Positions 7,092 through 15,688 of a DNA stretch of 20,000 bases are shown here, in pieces. The stretch's first letter is position 1. Each line of letters opens with the position of its first letter. Made by a program: the position numbers and the translations under genes. Source of the DNA: an uncultured virus (IMG/VR IMGVR_UViG_3300015615_000078). Taxonomy: Duplodnaviria > Heunggongvirae > Uroviricota > Caudoviricetes. The stretch covers positions 44,291 to 64,290 of the IMG/VR virus record IMGVR_UViG_3300015615_000078. One strand, written 5' to 3'. Under the pieces are notes generated by a model, which was not told the DNA's origin, made no database searches, and worked only from the letters and a program-made list of their open reading frames with translations.

Positions 7092-8342
7092 CTATCGTCC
7101 GACTCCCAGCAGCGAGAGCGAGCCCTGCCCGAGCGAGGGGCCGCCGCCTCCGCCTAAGTCGGCCGCCTCGAAACTATCCAACTGGGGATTAGTGCTGCCG
7201 CTTGGGTCGTAAGCGACAATTCCGCATCGCGTTCCAGAGCTTATCGTTGAGTCGGTTAGGCTCACCTTCTGCACTCCGGCCGACAGTTCGCGGATCGTCG
7301 AACCATTGCACTCACATTTAATGGTGACTGGCGTGGTAATCGGGTCTGATGCACTTCCCAGTGATGTTCGCGTAGCTGCGACAACTTTCACAACTTCATG
7401 CGTAGCAGCGAAGCTGTGCCCGTGTGCCTGGCCGGAATAAAACGTCTGCGCTGATGAGGAGAATCTCGCGGCAGGGCCGGTAAAATATCCCGACGACGTG
7501 TAAACGACGGAGCATTGGCCGTAGTGATCGCTGCTCGACAGGTCGGACTCCGCCCGCGCGCATCGTGACGTACTGCCGAAGTTACTCATCATTTCGGCGC
7601 GGTTGCTGACAATATCCCAATCGCCGGCAACCTCGGTCCAGGTTAAATCTGGCCCCAGCGTGTCGCCGTCGCTGGTGTTAAAACTCTCCGTGATCGTCGT
7701 CTCGGGCTTCTTCGGCTGCTCATCCGGTACGGTCGCGTCTTGAAACCAGCGATAATCGAGCCCGTACTTTTCGACCATCGAACCCAAGACTTTTTGATAG
7801 CGGTCGGGGGTGTCCGTTTTTCCATCGAGAGAGTCTTGGCGAATTGCTTTGTACTGGCGTCTCAGCAAGTCTTGGAGCGGCGCGGTCTCCGGCCCATTCG
7901 CGTCGAACGGTTTCGATAGGCTTTTCTCGCCCGCAATCCAAAGCTCAAATTTCCGGCCGACCGTAGGCACTAGCGGCAAGCAACGATCATCCCCAATGGG
8001 ATCGGCCAGCCGCGTGAGAGCGTCGTAGATCATGTCGGCGACCGTGTCGCCAATCAGAATTTCAGGCGTGCGTAGGGCGTCGGCGACGAGTTGCCGCTGC
8101 TTGGTCGTCACGCCTGCCCTCACGTTCTCGCCCAACAGCGTGTATTCGCTCTTGAGATCAACGTCATCCGACGTGGCAAAGAAGCCGAAACCCTCGCCGG
8201 GAGCGTTCGGCGTGGCGCATTGGGCGAAGCTGCGAAGATCAATCCAACCGAGCGACGGCGACGGCGCGGCATAATAGCCTTGCTCGACGCCTTCGCCGTC
8301 AAGGAACGTGACCCAGGGGATTGGTCCGAGCCAGTATCTCAT
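7092..8342 (-). CDS. Putative virion accessory protein with a C-terminal beta-sandwich (ConA-like) domain (416 aa)
   Basis: ATGA overlap with the upstream gene. The C-terminal half is Ser/Thr-rich beta structure (TITESFNTSDG...WTEVAGDW...LDSFEAAD) and ends in a Gly linker plus SLSLLGVGR. Confidence 0.65.
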   Translation of the reverse strand: MRYWLGPIPWVTFLDGEGVEQGYYAAPSPSLGWIDLRSFAQCATPNAPGEGFGFFATSDDVDLKSEYTLLGENVRAGVTTKQRQLVADALRTPEILIGDTVADMIYDALTRLADPIGDDRCLPLVPTVGRKFELWIAGEKSLSKPFDANGPETAPLQDLLRRQYKAIRQDSLDGKTDTPDRYQKVLGSMVEKYGLDYRWFQDATVPDEQPKKPETTITESFNTSDGDTLGPDLTWTEVAGDWDIVSNRAEMMSNFGSTSRCARAESDLSSSDHYGQCSVVYTSSGYFTGPAARFSSSAQTFYSGQAHGHSFAATHEVVKVVAATRTSLGSASDPITTPVTIKCECNGSTIRELSAGVQKVSLTDSTISSGTRCGIVAYDPSGSTNPQLDSFEAADLGGGGGPSLGQGSLSLLGVGR

Positions 8343-10372
8343 TCGTCGCCTAGTAACTCATTCAGCCGCCACGCATCAGCCAGCCCGCTTTTGAACAGCG
8401 TGCCAGGGTGCTTGTCTTTGAACGCCGTGCCGATGAAATCCACGCTCATCGACTCGGCGCTGTGAATCGTCACCAAGTCCAGCACGCACTCGCGGAACCG
8501 CAGCACGCCTACATTGGGATTGGCTCGCACCGGATACGCTCGGTCGAACGCCAGCGGCGCCTTCACCACGCATTGCCTTAGCGTGCCGTCGCTCTCCCAG
8601 TAGGTGGGCGTCAGTAGCGTGCCACAATCGAACGTGCAGCGTTCGTACTCCACGGCGCAACTGTAGTGAACGTGCCAGCCCTTCTTGCCCGCGAGATGCG
8701 ATCCGCTAACGCGGTAGCCCTTGGTGTTGTTGAGGTATACTTGGGAGATGTACGGGTCGGTGGATGCGTTGCCGTTCATCGCGAGGAGCGAGTCCTTGAC
8801 CGCCACGCCAACAGAACTAAAGCTCCATGCCGGGTCGCCCGCCGTTCCTGCCAGTTCGCAATACAGCAGCCTCGCGTCGGTGAAGTCAACGCTGGGGACC
8901 ATCGACCACAGCCCATACTTGCCGACGCCGTAGCTCTCCTGCCCCACGACTTGCTGCCGCTCGCCGGCTGGTAGATATTCCAAGACGCATGACGGGCAGG
9001 CGGGGAGCATGATGAGCCCCAGCGCTTTGCCGCCAACCGCTACGTTGCCGCGAATCACGTTGCCGGGTCGCAGCCAGTAATGGTGCGAGAGCGAAGAGAC
9101 GCCGGAATCGACGTTGGGCAATTCCTCGCCGTTCTCGACCTCCACGCTGAGATTGCCCGTGAGCGTGTTGCCCACCTCGTGCCGGTCCTCCAGAAAATAC
9201 CCGTGCCCACGGCTCTTGAAGCCGACGCAATCGGCGATCGTCACGCCCTGCACGTGGTGAATCGAGAAGAATCGATTGCCCGCCTCGCTCACCGTCTGCC
9301 AGGTCACGCACGAGTCGGCCAGGCCGCTGGTCTTGCCGCCCATGTGCCAGTGGAACGGATAGCGCCCCAGCTTGGCCCGTGCGCCGAGGTTGACTGCCTC
9401 GACGCCACGCAGCTTGGCCGTGCTGCCGGTCATAAACAGGCAGTGGGCTCGATGGTTGAAGTCGCCTTCGCTTACGTCGGCCGAAACAACCTTGATGGGT
9501 CGGGTCAGGTTGGCCACCTTCGGCGCTGCCGTGAACGCCCCGCCGATTATCAGCGAGCCCCGGAACTTGTCGTCGCCGGTGTAGGTGATCGTGCGGCCGT
9601 TGATGGTTGCCAGCGTGGCCAGGGCGTGCTTGCCTTGCTCGTTCGTCAGCAGCAGCGTGTCGCCCACCTGCCAGCCGATCAGATCGCGGTCGAGCGTCGC
9701 TGAGGCGCCCACGTAGGCTTGCGACTCAAAGACGCCGTACTTAGCGGGGGCCTGCTGAGTAAGTGCCGTGCAGGAAGCCCAACCGCACTTGTCGCCAGCG
9801 TCCAGGTCGATCGTCGAGCCGGGGAGTGCCCACAGCCCGATATCGTCAATGTGGAAGTCGGGCAGGTCCGGCAGGTTGCTCTTAACCGTGCCTCCTTTGA
9901 ACGTGCGGTCATCGGCAACGTGGAAGTTGATCGTGCCTTGACTGCCCGTGAGCTTTGTGCGGACGATGACAGAGCCGCTGGCGTCGAGCGTGCCGGCTAG
10001 CTTCGCCGTGCCGCGGGCGATCTCCACCCGCTTGCAGGCGAGGCTGTCAATCGTCACGTCGTGAATCAGTTGCACGTCGTCCGCCGCGGTGGGCAGCGTA
10101 CCGCCCCAGGTGGCCGGGTTCGACGTGAACCCCGGCCGCACCGTGGCGACGAACTCCCCAGGCAGCAGCGACGGCACGGGGTCGGTTTGCGGCGGGACCG
10201 GGGCGACCGTGATCGCTACGCTGTCGGCGGGGTCGAACTGAATCGGCTCGCCGTTGCGGGTGATATCGACCGTCTTGCCCGTCAGGTCCACGGGGGTTCC
10301 GTCCACGGTGAGCGTGTAGGTTTGGGCGTGCGATGAAGCAGCCAATAGCAAAGCTATGATGATTGTTCGCAT
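8339..10372 (-). CDS. Secreted G8-domain / parallel beta-helix protein, TMEM2/CEMIP/fibrocystin-like (677 aa)
   Basis: Signal peptide MRTIIIALLLAASSHA|Q. G8-like start PGFTSNPATWGGTLPTAADDVQL. Family motifs NLTRPIKV, LGRYPFHWH, NRFFSIH, GHGYFLED, EVGNTLTGNL. Confidence 0.8.
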   Translation of the reverse strand: MRTIIIALLLAASSHAQTYTLTVDGTPVDLTGKTVDITRNGEPIQFDPADSVAITVAPVPPQTDPVPSLLPGEFVATVRPGFTSNPATWGGTLPTAADDVQLIHDVTIDSLACKRVEIARGTAKLAGTLDASGSVIVRTKLTGSQGTINFHVADDRTFKGGTVKSNLPDLPDFHIDDIGLWALPGSTIDLDAGDKCGWASCTALTQQAPAKYGVFESQAYVGASATLDRDLIGWQVGDTLLLTNEQGKHALATLATINGRTITYTGDDKFRGSLIIGGAFTAAPKVANLTRPIKVVSADVSEGDFNHRAHCLFMTGSTAKLRGVEAVNLGARAKLGRYPFHWHMGGKTSGLADSCVTWQTVSEAGNRFFSIHHVQGVTIADCVGFKSRGHGYFLEDRHEVGNTLTGNLSVEVENGEELPNVDSGVSSLSHHYWLRPGNVIRGNVAVGGKALGLIMLPACPSCVLEYLPAGERQQVVGQESYGVGKYGLWSMVPSVDFTDARLLYCELAGTAGDPAWSFSSVGVAVKDSLLAMNGNASTDPYISQVYLNNTKGYRVSGSHLAGKKGWHVHYSCAVEYERCTFDCGTLLTPTYWESDGTLRQCVVKAPLAFDRAYPVRANPNVGVLRFRECVLDLVTIHSAESMSVDFIGTAFKDKHPGTLFKSGLADAWRLNELLGDE

Positions 10373-10374
10373 AT

Positions 10375-12078
10375 TTACTTGTAATCGATGTTGACGTGAA
10401 CTTCCGACGCAGCAACGCTCGTCGAGTTGCTGTCAGCCGAGCCGGTCACAATGGTAAAGCCGATGCCGCTGGCGAAGTTAATGCCGACAGGGCAGTCCAG
10501 AATTGCACCCGCTCCCGTCGTTGCACCTGGGATCAGGATGACCTTGACAGGCGTACCGCTGCCTGCGGTGGGGGCTGAAGCACTGTCATAGAGCTTGAGA
10601 TAAGCCGCCGCCGCATTCGTGTTGAACACCTGAATGCCGTACACCGTACCGGCACTGGCTTTGACGTTGGTCGCGTCACCGCTGCTGCCGGCGGAGATTT
10701 TGCGGTAGGGGGTCGCACCGCCAGCCGAGTGAGCCTGAGGCACGACAAGCTGCTTCCGGTCCAGCGTCATCCGAGGGCAGCCGATGTCGCCTTCGTCAAC
10801 GCTGTCGGTACTCGACTCATCAGCCTGCATCCCAATGGCGGCTACCTTGCTGGTGCCGGGAGTGAAGGCCGCGTCATCGGCGAAGATAACGTCGTCGATG
10901 AGCTGGAGGGCCGTGAGGGCTGCTCCGTTCTCTTGGGTCACGAATGTACCCGCATTGGTGCAGGCTGCTTGGACGGCGAACGTGCCAGCATTAGTGACCG
11001 CATGTGAACCAACGGTGACTGTGCCGCTGATGGAGACCGAACCGCTGGCGATGACTACCGCCCCGGTGTTGCAGGCCGTGACCTTAGCGTCTAGGGCGGC
11101 TAGGGTGGTCTCGCTAGCGAGTAATGACCCGCTGCCGCTGATGGCGTCAATTAGCGTCCAGAGCGAACCAACCTGAGCAAAAACCTCTGAGTCGTAGGTC
11201 CACAGCTCACGGTCCACCGTCATGCCGACGGTGCCAAGGTCGCCCGAAGTTACTGCTGCTGCTCCGGTGGCCACGCCCATGATCGGCGTGCCAGAAGTCG
11301 TACCAGCGGTGAAGTCGGCGTCGTCCGCTGCTGCTGTGCCGCCTGAGCCTGCCCCGCTGATGATATTCACAGGGACGGGCTTGGTGGCACTGGCAGCTAC
11401 CAGCGTGTTGCTGGTGTCCTCCCACATCAGGGCCGTGCCTGTGATCGAAGCGTCGGTATCGCCTTCGGTGTACTGAGTACCTCCACCGAATGACGTGATC
11501 TGCGTGCCTGAGCCGTCTACGATGGCGACGGTGAGCGGGTTAGAGTTAGTTAGGTCCAGCACGTCGGCTACGTCCGTGCCGTCCGTGAGCTTCACACGAC
11601 CGATGGCGTTGTCGCCCGCTGGGATGGCACTGGCCAAGTCCACGTTGCCGATGTTGTTGTCACCGGTAGGCAGGGCCGCGACCACATCGACTTGGGCTTC
11701 GCTGCCTGAGACGATGTTATCAATGATCTGAAGTGCTGTGACGGCTGCGGCTAGAGAAGTATTACCGGTGTCTTGCTTGGCTTCTGTAGAGGCTCCTGAG
11801 GGGAGCGGGAGAGCTGCCGCAGAGACAGGTTGGGTGGCTTGCCAAAACGTACCACTGACCGGTTGAGTCGCTTGCCAGAAGGTGCCTGTGACGGCTACCC
11901 CTCCACTGACTGTGACTACGCCTGAGATGGGCAGGGGATTAGCACTCGAGACATCCCCGTCATTGGTGCCATCGGCACCTAGGACGATCTTGCTGCGGGG
12001 GTACTTGACCCCGCCGATGACGTCAGCAGCAAAGGTATCCCCGCCTGAACCGGCATTGAGCGTTGTGTTATCAGCCAT
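10375..12078 (-). CDS. Putative fibre/virion structural protein (567 aa)
   Basis: Ala/Thr/Gly/Ser-rich, with internal repeats (GTFWQATQPVS x2; DDADFTAGT/DDAAFTPGT; ALQIID/ALQLID) and a compact C-terminal beta domain. Confidence 0.7.
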   Translation of the reverse strand: MADNTTLNAGSGGDTFAADVIGGVKYPRSKIVLGADGTNDGDVSSANPLPISGVVTVSGGVAVTGTFWQATQPVSGTFWQATQPVSAAALPLPSGASTEAKQDTGNTSLAAAVTALQIIDNIVSGSEAQVDVVAALPTGDNNIGNVDLASAIPAGDNAIGRVKLTDGTDVADVLDLTNSNPLTVAIVDGSGTQITSFGGGTQYTEGDTDASITGTALMWEDTSNTLVAASATKPVPVNIISGAGSGGTAAADDADFTAGTTSGTPIMGVATGAAAVTSGDLGTVGMTVDRELWTYDSEVFAQVGSLWTLIDAISGSGSLLASETTLAALDAKVTACNTGAVVIASGSVSISGTVTVGSHAVTNAGTFAVQAACTNAGTFVTQENGAALTALQLIDDVIFADDAAFTPGTSKVAAIGMQADESSTDSVDEGDIGCPRMTLDRKQLVVPQAHSAGGATPYRKISAGSSGDATNVKASAGTVYGIQVFNTNAAAAYLKLYDSASAPTAGSGTPVKVILIPGATTGAGAILDCPVGINFASGIGFTIVTGSADSNSTSVAASEVHVNIDYK

Positions 12079-12166
12079 AGCAGTAGGGGAGCGTAGTTAG
12101 GAGGGAGATGGCTGACAGGTTAGGCTGATAAGGGGACTTAATGATCTCAATAACTGTGAAAAGAAT

Positions 12167-15100
12167 TTACGACTCGACGCCAGCTTCCGCCAGACTGAAT
12201 CTTTCAAAGCCGACGCCATAAGCAGGGGAGTCGTTGCGGGGCATCAAGTCGGATTGGATCAGTAAGTCCACGCCTGCTACCGAATCTTCGTCGATCGAGT
12301 AGTTGGTTCGCATGTAGGCAAGATTGCGAGAAGTTGAGACGCCTGCCAGCCGTTCAGTGAAAACGTTGTCTTCGTAGGCGTTGAAGTCGAATTCACCGGC
12401 AATGCCCCCGATGGTCGTGTTGTAGCTAGCGTCTGCCCAGTACATCCAAGCTGAGACGCCATCCGTCGTCTCGCCAAAGACGTTGGCATGAATCCAGTTA
12501 GATTTAGCGTAGACGCTGGTGGTGCCGTCGCCGAAGAGATTGGCATCCCCGTAGCGACTGAATTCAGGAGCCCGTTCGCAGTTGACGAAGACGTTGTTAA
12601 AGACTTCGCAGTTGTTGGCTTGATGTAGTAGGAGCGGGCATTCACAGCCATCGACGATGTTGTAGGAGAGCGTGATGCCGCTGGCTCCTTCGTCCAAGTA
12701 CAGACCGCGAATCTCTTCATCACCGGAACGATGCAAGGCGGTAATGCCTACATTGGTGATGTGATTGTAGGAGGCCGTCGAGCCCGGTTGACGACCCGAG
12801 AAGTAGATCGCTGCTCCGTCGTTCAGCTCTCTGACTACGTTGTCGATGCGGTTCCAGATAACGTGGTTGTTCCTACCTTGGAACTTGAGGCTGTCGAGAC
12901 GGCCACGGAAGCGAACGGCCTGGAAGCTGCCGTCCGTGATGTCATTGTGCTCGACGGTCGTGTTGCCGACGGCGATGCCGCAGACGCCATGAGCCCCAAC
13001 GTCAATGCGACCGTAATCATGGATGTTGTTATTGGAGATCGTATGACCTGAAGCGTTGTCATCAGCGACGACTCCAGCAGGTCCATTGAGGACGATGCAG
13101 GAGTTACCGCTCTGGCTGATCTCACAGCCGTCAACGGTAATAAACTCGCTGTTGTCTGAGAGGATGCCAACACCGCCAAAGTTAGTGATGGTGCAACCAT
13201 CGAAGGTGATATGCGAGCATCGCAGCAGCTTGATCCCAGGTTCTTCGAGAGGGTTATAGCCTGCCTCTTGCGTCCAATGGCCGGTTAGCAAGAGGTTCCA
13301 GTCAGTACCAGTTAGGATTAGGTTCTTGAAGTTGATGTAGGCGGCGGGAGTCATCACCAACCCGCCTTCGCCGAAGAAGCCGGAATTGGCTGAGATGAAG
13401 TCCGACGTGCCGTTGAACAGAGCACTGGTGCCTGTCAACGAAGGATTATGGTGAGTCGCTGTAGAGGTTCCGTAGAGCAGCTCGCTGAAGACCGAACCTA
13501 GGTTGCCGCTGAGATCACTGAAGTCTTCGTCCAAGGGGAAGAAGGCCAGCATGTACTCTGTGAGGTTCTCGTACTCTTGAGCGTGCAGAGCCGTTGCATC
13601 ATCGGCAGTCGCTTCTTTATCTAGGATTACTACGTCCGAAATCTCACCGTCCCAGTACAGACCAGAGGATACTGGGTTGGACGAGCCGATGGTCGGCGGC
13701 AGAGAGCCAAAGGTAATGCCAGAGCTGATGGCACTGGCTGAGCCGACGATAGCTCCGTCGATATACATCGTCACCAAGTCAGTGGCGATGTTGACCGAGC
13801 AGGTGAAGGTGTGCCAGTCATCGTCATTGAGACCGGCAGTTGAAGTCGGGAAGTAGTTAGTGACGCCAAAACCCAGACGAATCAGAGCCATGCCCTGATT
13901 GCCGCCCGTCTTCAGCAGGGACATCCTGATGCCAACATTAGGAGTGCCTGAACCTACCAATGTGTCGATGAGAACCTTCTCCCAGGTCGCGTCAGCGTGG
14001 GTGTAGTCCGTCTTGAAGCGACAAGAGTACGTTGCGTACTGATGGGGATAGGTGATGGAGTTGGTCTCTCCCGTCGCCTCAATCATCGTCGTCAGCGTCG
14101 GAATCTCTACGTCAGTCGTCCCGAGCGTCTCGCCCGATCTCGGCCAGTAGTAGAGACGCTTGGTGGTGTTGTTCCAATAGAATTCACCAGCCTGGGTCAA
14201 GAATGAAAGGCTGTTCTCTAGCCAGTACCGTCCGTAGTCAGAACGGAAGTTGAAGCCTACGCTGCCGCTGAGATTAGGGCCTCCGCTCACGTTGACCATA
14301 CGCGGCGTACCACTACCCTCGATCTCAGAGATGAAGCAGCGTATGTGTCGCCAAGCCGTCAAGGCGTTGACTTCGATGGTCTCGCCAGAGCCGATGGTCG
14401 GTAAGTCGGCAGGAGCAGCGTAGAAGAAGTCGTAGGTGTTGTCTTCTGACGGCGAAGCATAGGACCCCATCGTGTAGTAGCTGCCCACATTGGGGGTACG
14501 AGCACGAACGGCTGGGATGCCATTGACGATCAGCGATCTGAAGTCAGCATGACCGGGCAGGTCGATGTACTTGATCGAACCTGAATGAGTCGTCCAAGCT
14601 CCCTCTACCAGCTCGTTGCTGGTAATGATGACCTCTTCATCCAGATAAGCTTCGTAAGTGATTGGGTCCTGCTCAGTGCCACTGTCCAAGTCTGTGAAAC
14701 TTAATGCTTCCGTCAGACGGTAGGTTCCAGCACGGAAGATGACTCGGATAGGACGGTTATGCAGACCGTCTTCTTTGAGCTGAAGGACGGCATCTATTGC
14801 AGCTTGGAAGGTGAGCAGCGGAGAATCAAAATCTCCTGAGTCTCCGTCATCACCGTCAGTCGCTACATAGATAAATCTGTAGGCACTGGCTACCGACTCG
14901 CCTTCCAAGGCGGCAATGCGAGCATCGTGATCGGCCAGAATAACGCCTTGAGCCGTATGAGCAGCTTCGAGTGCCGTTAGACGACTGCTGATCGTGAGAG
15001 CCTCTAAGGCGTCCAAGCGATCATCTGTGTCGTAGCCTTCTAAGACGCCAATTCTGCTTTGAAGATTCTGACCCTCAAGTACGTCCAATCTAGTATCAAG

Positions 15101-15604
15101 AGTCTGAGCTTCGAGTACATCCAGTCTGGTATCAAGAGTCTGAGCTTCCAGCGTATCAAGACGGGTATCTAGGTTCTGGCCTTCTAGTACATCGACTCTG
15201 GCGTCGAGAGTAGCGTCCTCAATGATCGTGAGGCGAGAGTCGAGCGTCTGGCCTTCGATGATGTCTACCCGAGCATCAAGCGTCTGAGCTTCGATGATAG
15301 CAAGGCGACTTTGAAGGTTCTGACCCTCAATGGTATCCAGGCGGGTATCGAGACCTTGGCCTTCGAGTACGTCAAGGCGAGCGTCTAAGGTATTCCCTTC
15401 GAGTACATCTAGACGAGCATCAAGAGTCTGACCCTCTAAGGTATCCAGACGGCCATCAAGCGTCTGCCCTTCCAGTACGTCCAGACGAGCATCAGGAGTA
15501 GCTGCCTCGATAGCGGCAATCCTGACTGTGAGAGCACCGATCTCATCAGCTTGACCAGGAACAGCCGTAGGTTCATTCGTCGTGAGCGATGGATCGAGAG
15601 ACAT
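12167..15604 (-). CDS. Tailspike/fibre-like depolymerase: repeat stalk + GH141-like beta-helix + LamG-like insert (1145 aa)
   Basis: YVATDGDDGDSGDFDSPLLTFQAA...FRAGTYRL...PITYEAY, RARTPN, WLENSLSFLTQAGEFY, LNDGAAIY and GLYLDEG resemble GH141-type beta-helix enzymes. NDDDWHTFTC...MYIDG...YWDGEISDV resembles LamG/ConA domains. Confidence 0.75.
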   Translation of the reverse strand: MSLDPSLTTNEPTAVPGQADEIGALTVRIAAIEAATPDARLDVLEGQTLDGRLDTLEGQTLDARLDVLEGNTLDARLDVLEGQGLDTRLDTIEGQNLQSRLAIIEAQTLDARVDIIEGQTLDSRLTIIEDATLDARVDVLEGQNLDTRLDTLEAQTLDTRLDVLEAQTLDTRLDVLEGQNLQSRIGVLEGYDTDDRLDALEALTISSRLTALEAAHTAQGVILADHDARIAALEGESVASAYRFIYVATDGDDGDSGDFDSPLLTFQAAIDAVLQLKEDGLHNRPIRVIFRAGTYRLTEALSFTDLDSGTEQDPITYEAYLDEEVIITSNELVEGAWTTHSGSIKYIDLPGHADFRSLIVNGIPAVRARTPNVGSYYTMGSYASPSEDNTYDFFYAAPADLPTIGSGETIEVNALTAWRHIRCFISEIEGSGTPRMVNVSGGPNLSGSVGFNFRSDYGRYWLENSLSFLTQAGEFYWNNTTKRLYYWPRSGETLGTTDVEIPTLTTMIEATGETNSITYPHQYATYSCRFKTDYTHADATWEKVLIDTLVGSGTPNVGIRMSLLKTGGNQGMALIRLGFGVTNYFPTSTAGLNDDDWHTFTCSVNIATDLVTMYIDGAIVGSASAISSGITFGSLPPTIGSSNPVSSGLYWDGEISDVVILDKEATADDATALHAQEYENLTEYMLAFFPLDEDFSDLSGNLGSVFSELLYGTSTATHHNPSLTGTSALFNGTSDFISANSGFFGEGGLVMTPAAYINFKNLILTGTDWNLLLTGHWTQEAGYNPLEEPGIKLLRCSHITFDGCTITNFGGVGILSDNSEFITVDGCEISQSGNSCIVLNGPAGVVADDNASGHTISNNNIHDYGRIDVGAHGVCGIAVGNTTVEHNDITDGSFQAVRFRGRLDSLKFQGRNNHVIWNRIDNVVRELNDGAAIYFSGRQPGSTASYNHITNVGITALHRSGDEEIRGLYLDEGASGITLSYNIVDGCECPLLLHQANNCEVFNNVFVNCERAPEFSRYGDANLFGDGTTSVYAKSNWIHANVFGETTDGVSAWMYWADASYNTTIGGIAGEFDFNAYEDNVFTERLAGVSTSRNLAYMRTNYSIDEDSVAGVDLLIQSDLMPRNDSPAYGVGFERFSLAEAGVES
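14966..15523 (-). repeat. Coding tandem repeat, 36-nt/12-aa unit x16 (RLDvLEgQtLDa)
   Basis: R-h-x-x-h-E recurs exactly every 12 residues from R28 to R208. Confidence 0.95.
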
Positions 15605-15606
15605 AG

Positions 15607-15663
15607 AGAATCAGCCTTCAGGGGGGAGCACCAATGGGAGGATGCTACCTGAAGGCTGATTCT
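15607..15663. promoter_or_regulatory. Perfect 16-bp stem-loop abutting the start codon of the 1145-aa gene
   Basis: AGAATCAGCCTTCAGG (15607-15622) pairs with CCTGAAGGCTGATTCT (15648-15663). The stem ends 2 nt before the ATG and has no U-tract. Confidence 0.7.
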
Positions 15664-15688
15664 TGAGTCAATCGAAGATATGCAGACC

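Noticed and set aside
5416..14206. Many 60-210 aa alternative-frame and antisense ORFs within terL and the fibre genes
   Set aside because: Fully nested in well-supported genes, lack recognisable motifs, and are expected in GC-rich coding DNA.
14966..15523. 36-nt periodicity suggestive of a CRISPR array
   Set aside because: Units are contiguous with no unique spacers, vary at synonymous positions, and lie in-frame within a gene.
7092..15604. Diversity-generating retroelement or invertible tail-fibre cassette
   Set aside because: No reverse transcriptase or recombinase gene, and by eye no TR/VR pair with adenine-specific mismatches.
15607..15663. Rho-independent terminator
   Set aside because: No U-tract on either strand, a large loop, and it abuts a start codon; reported as a regulatory hairpin instead.
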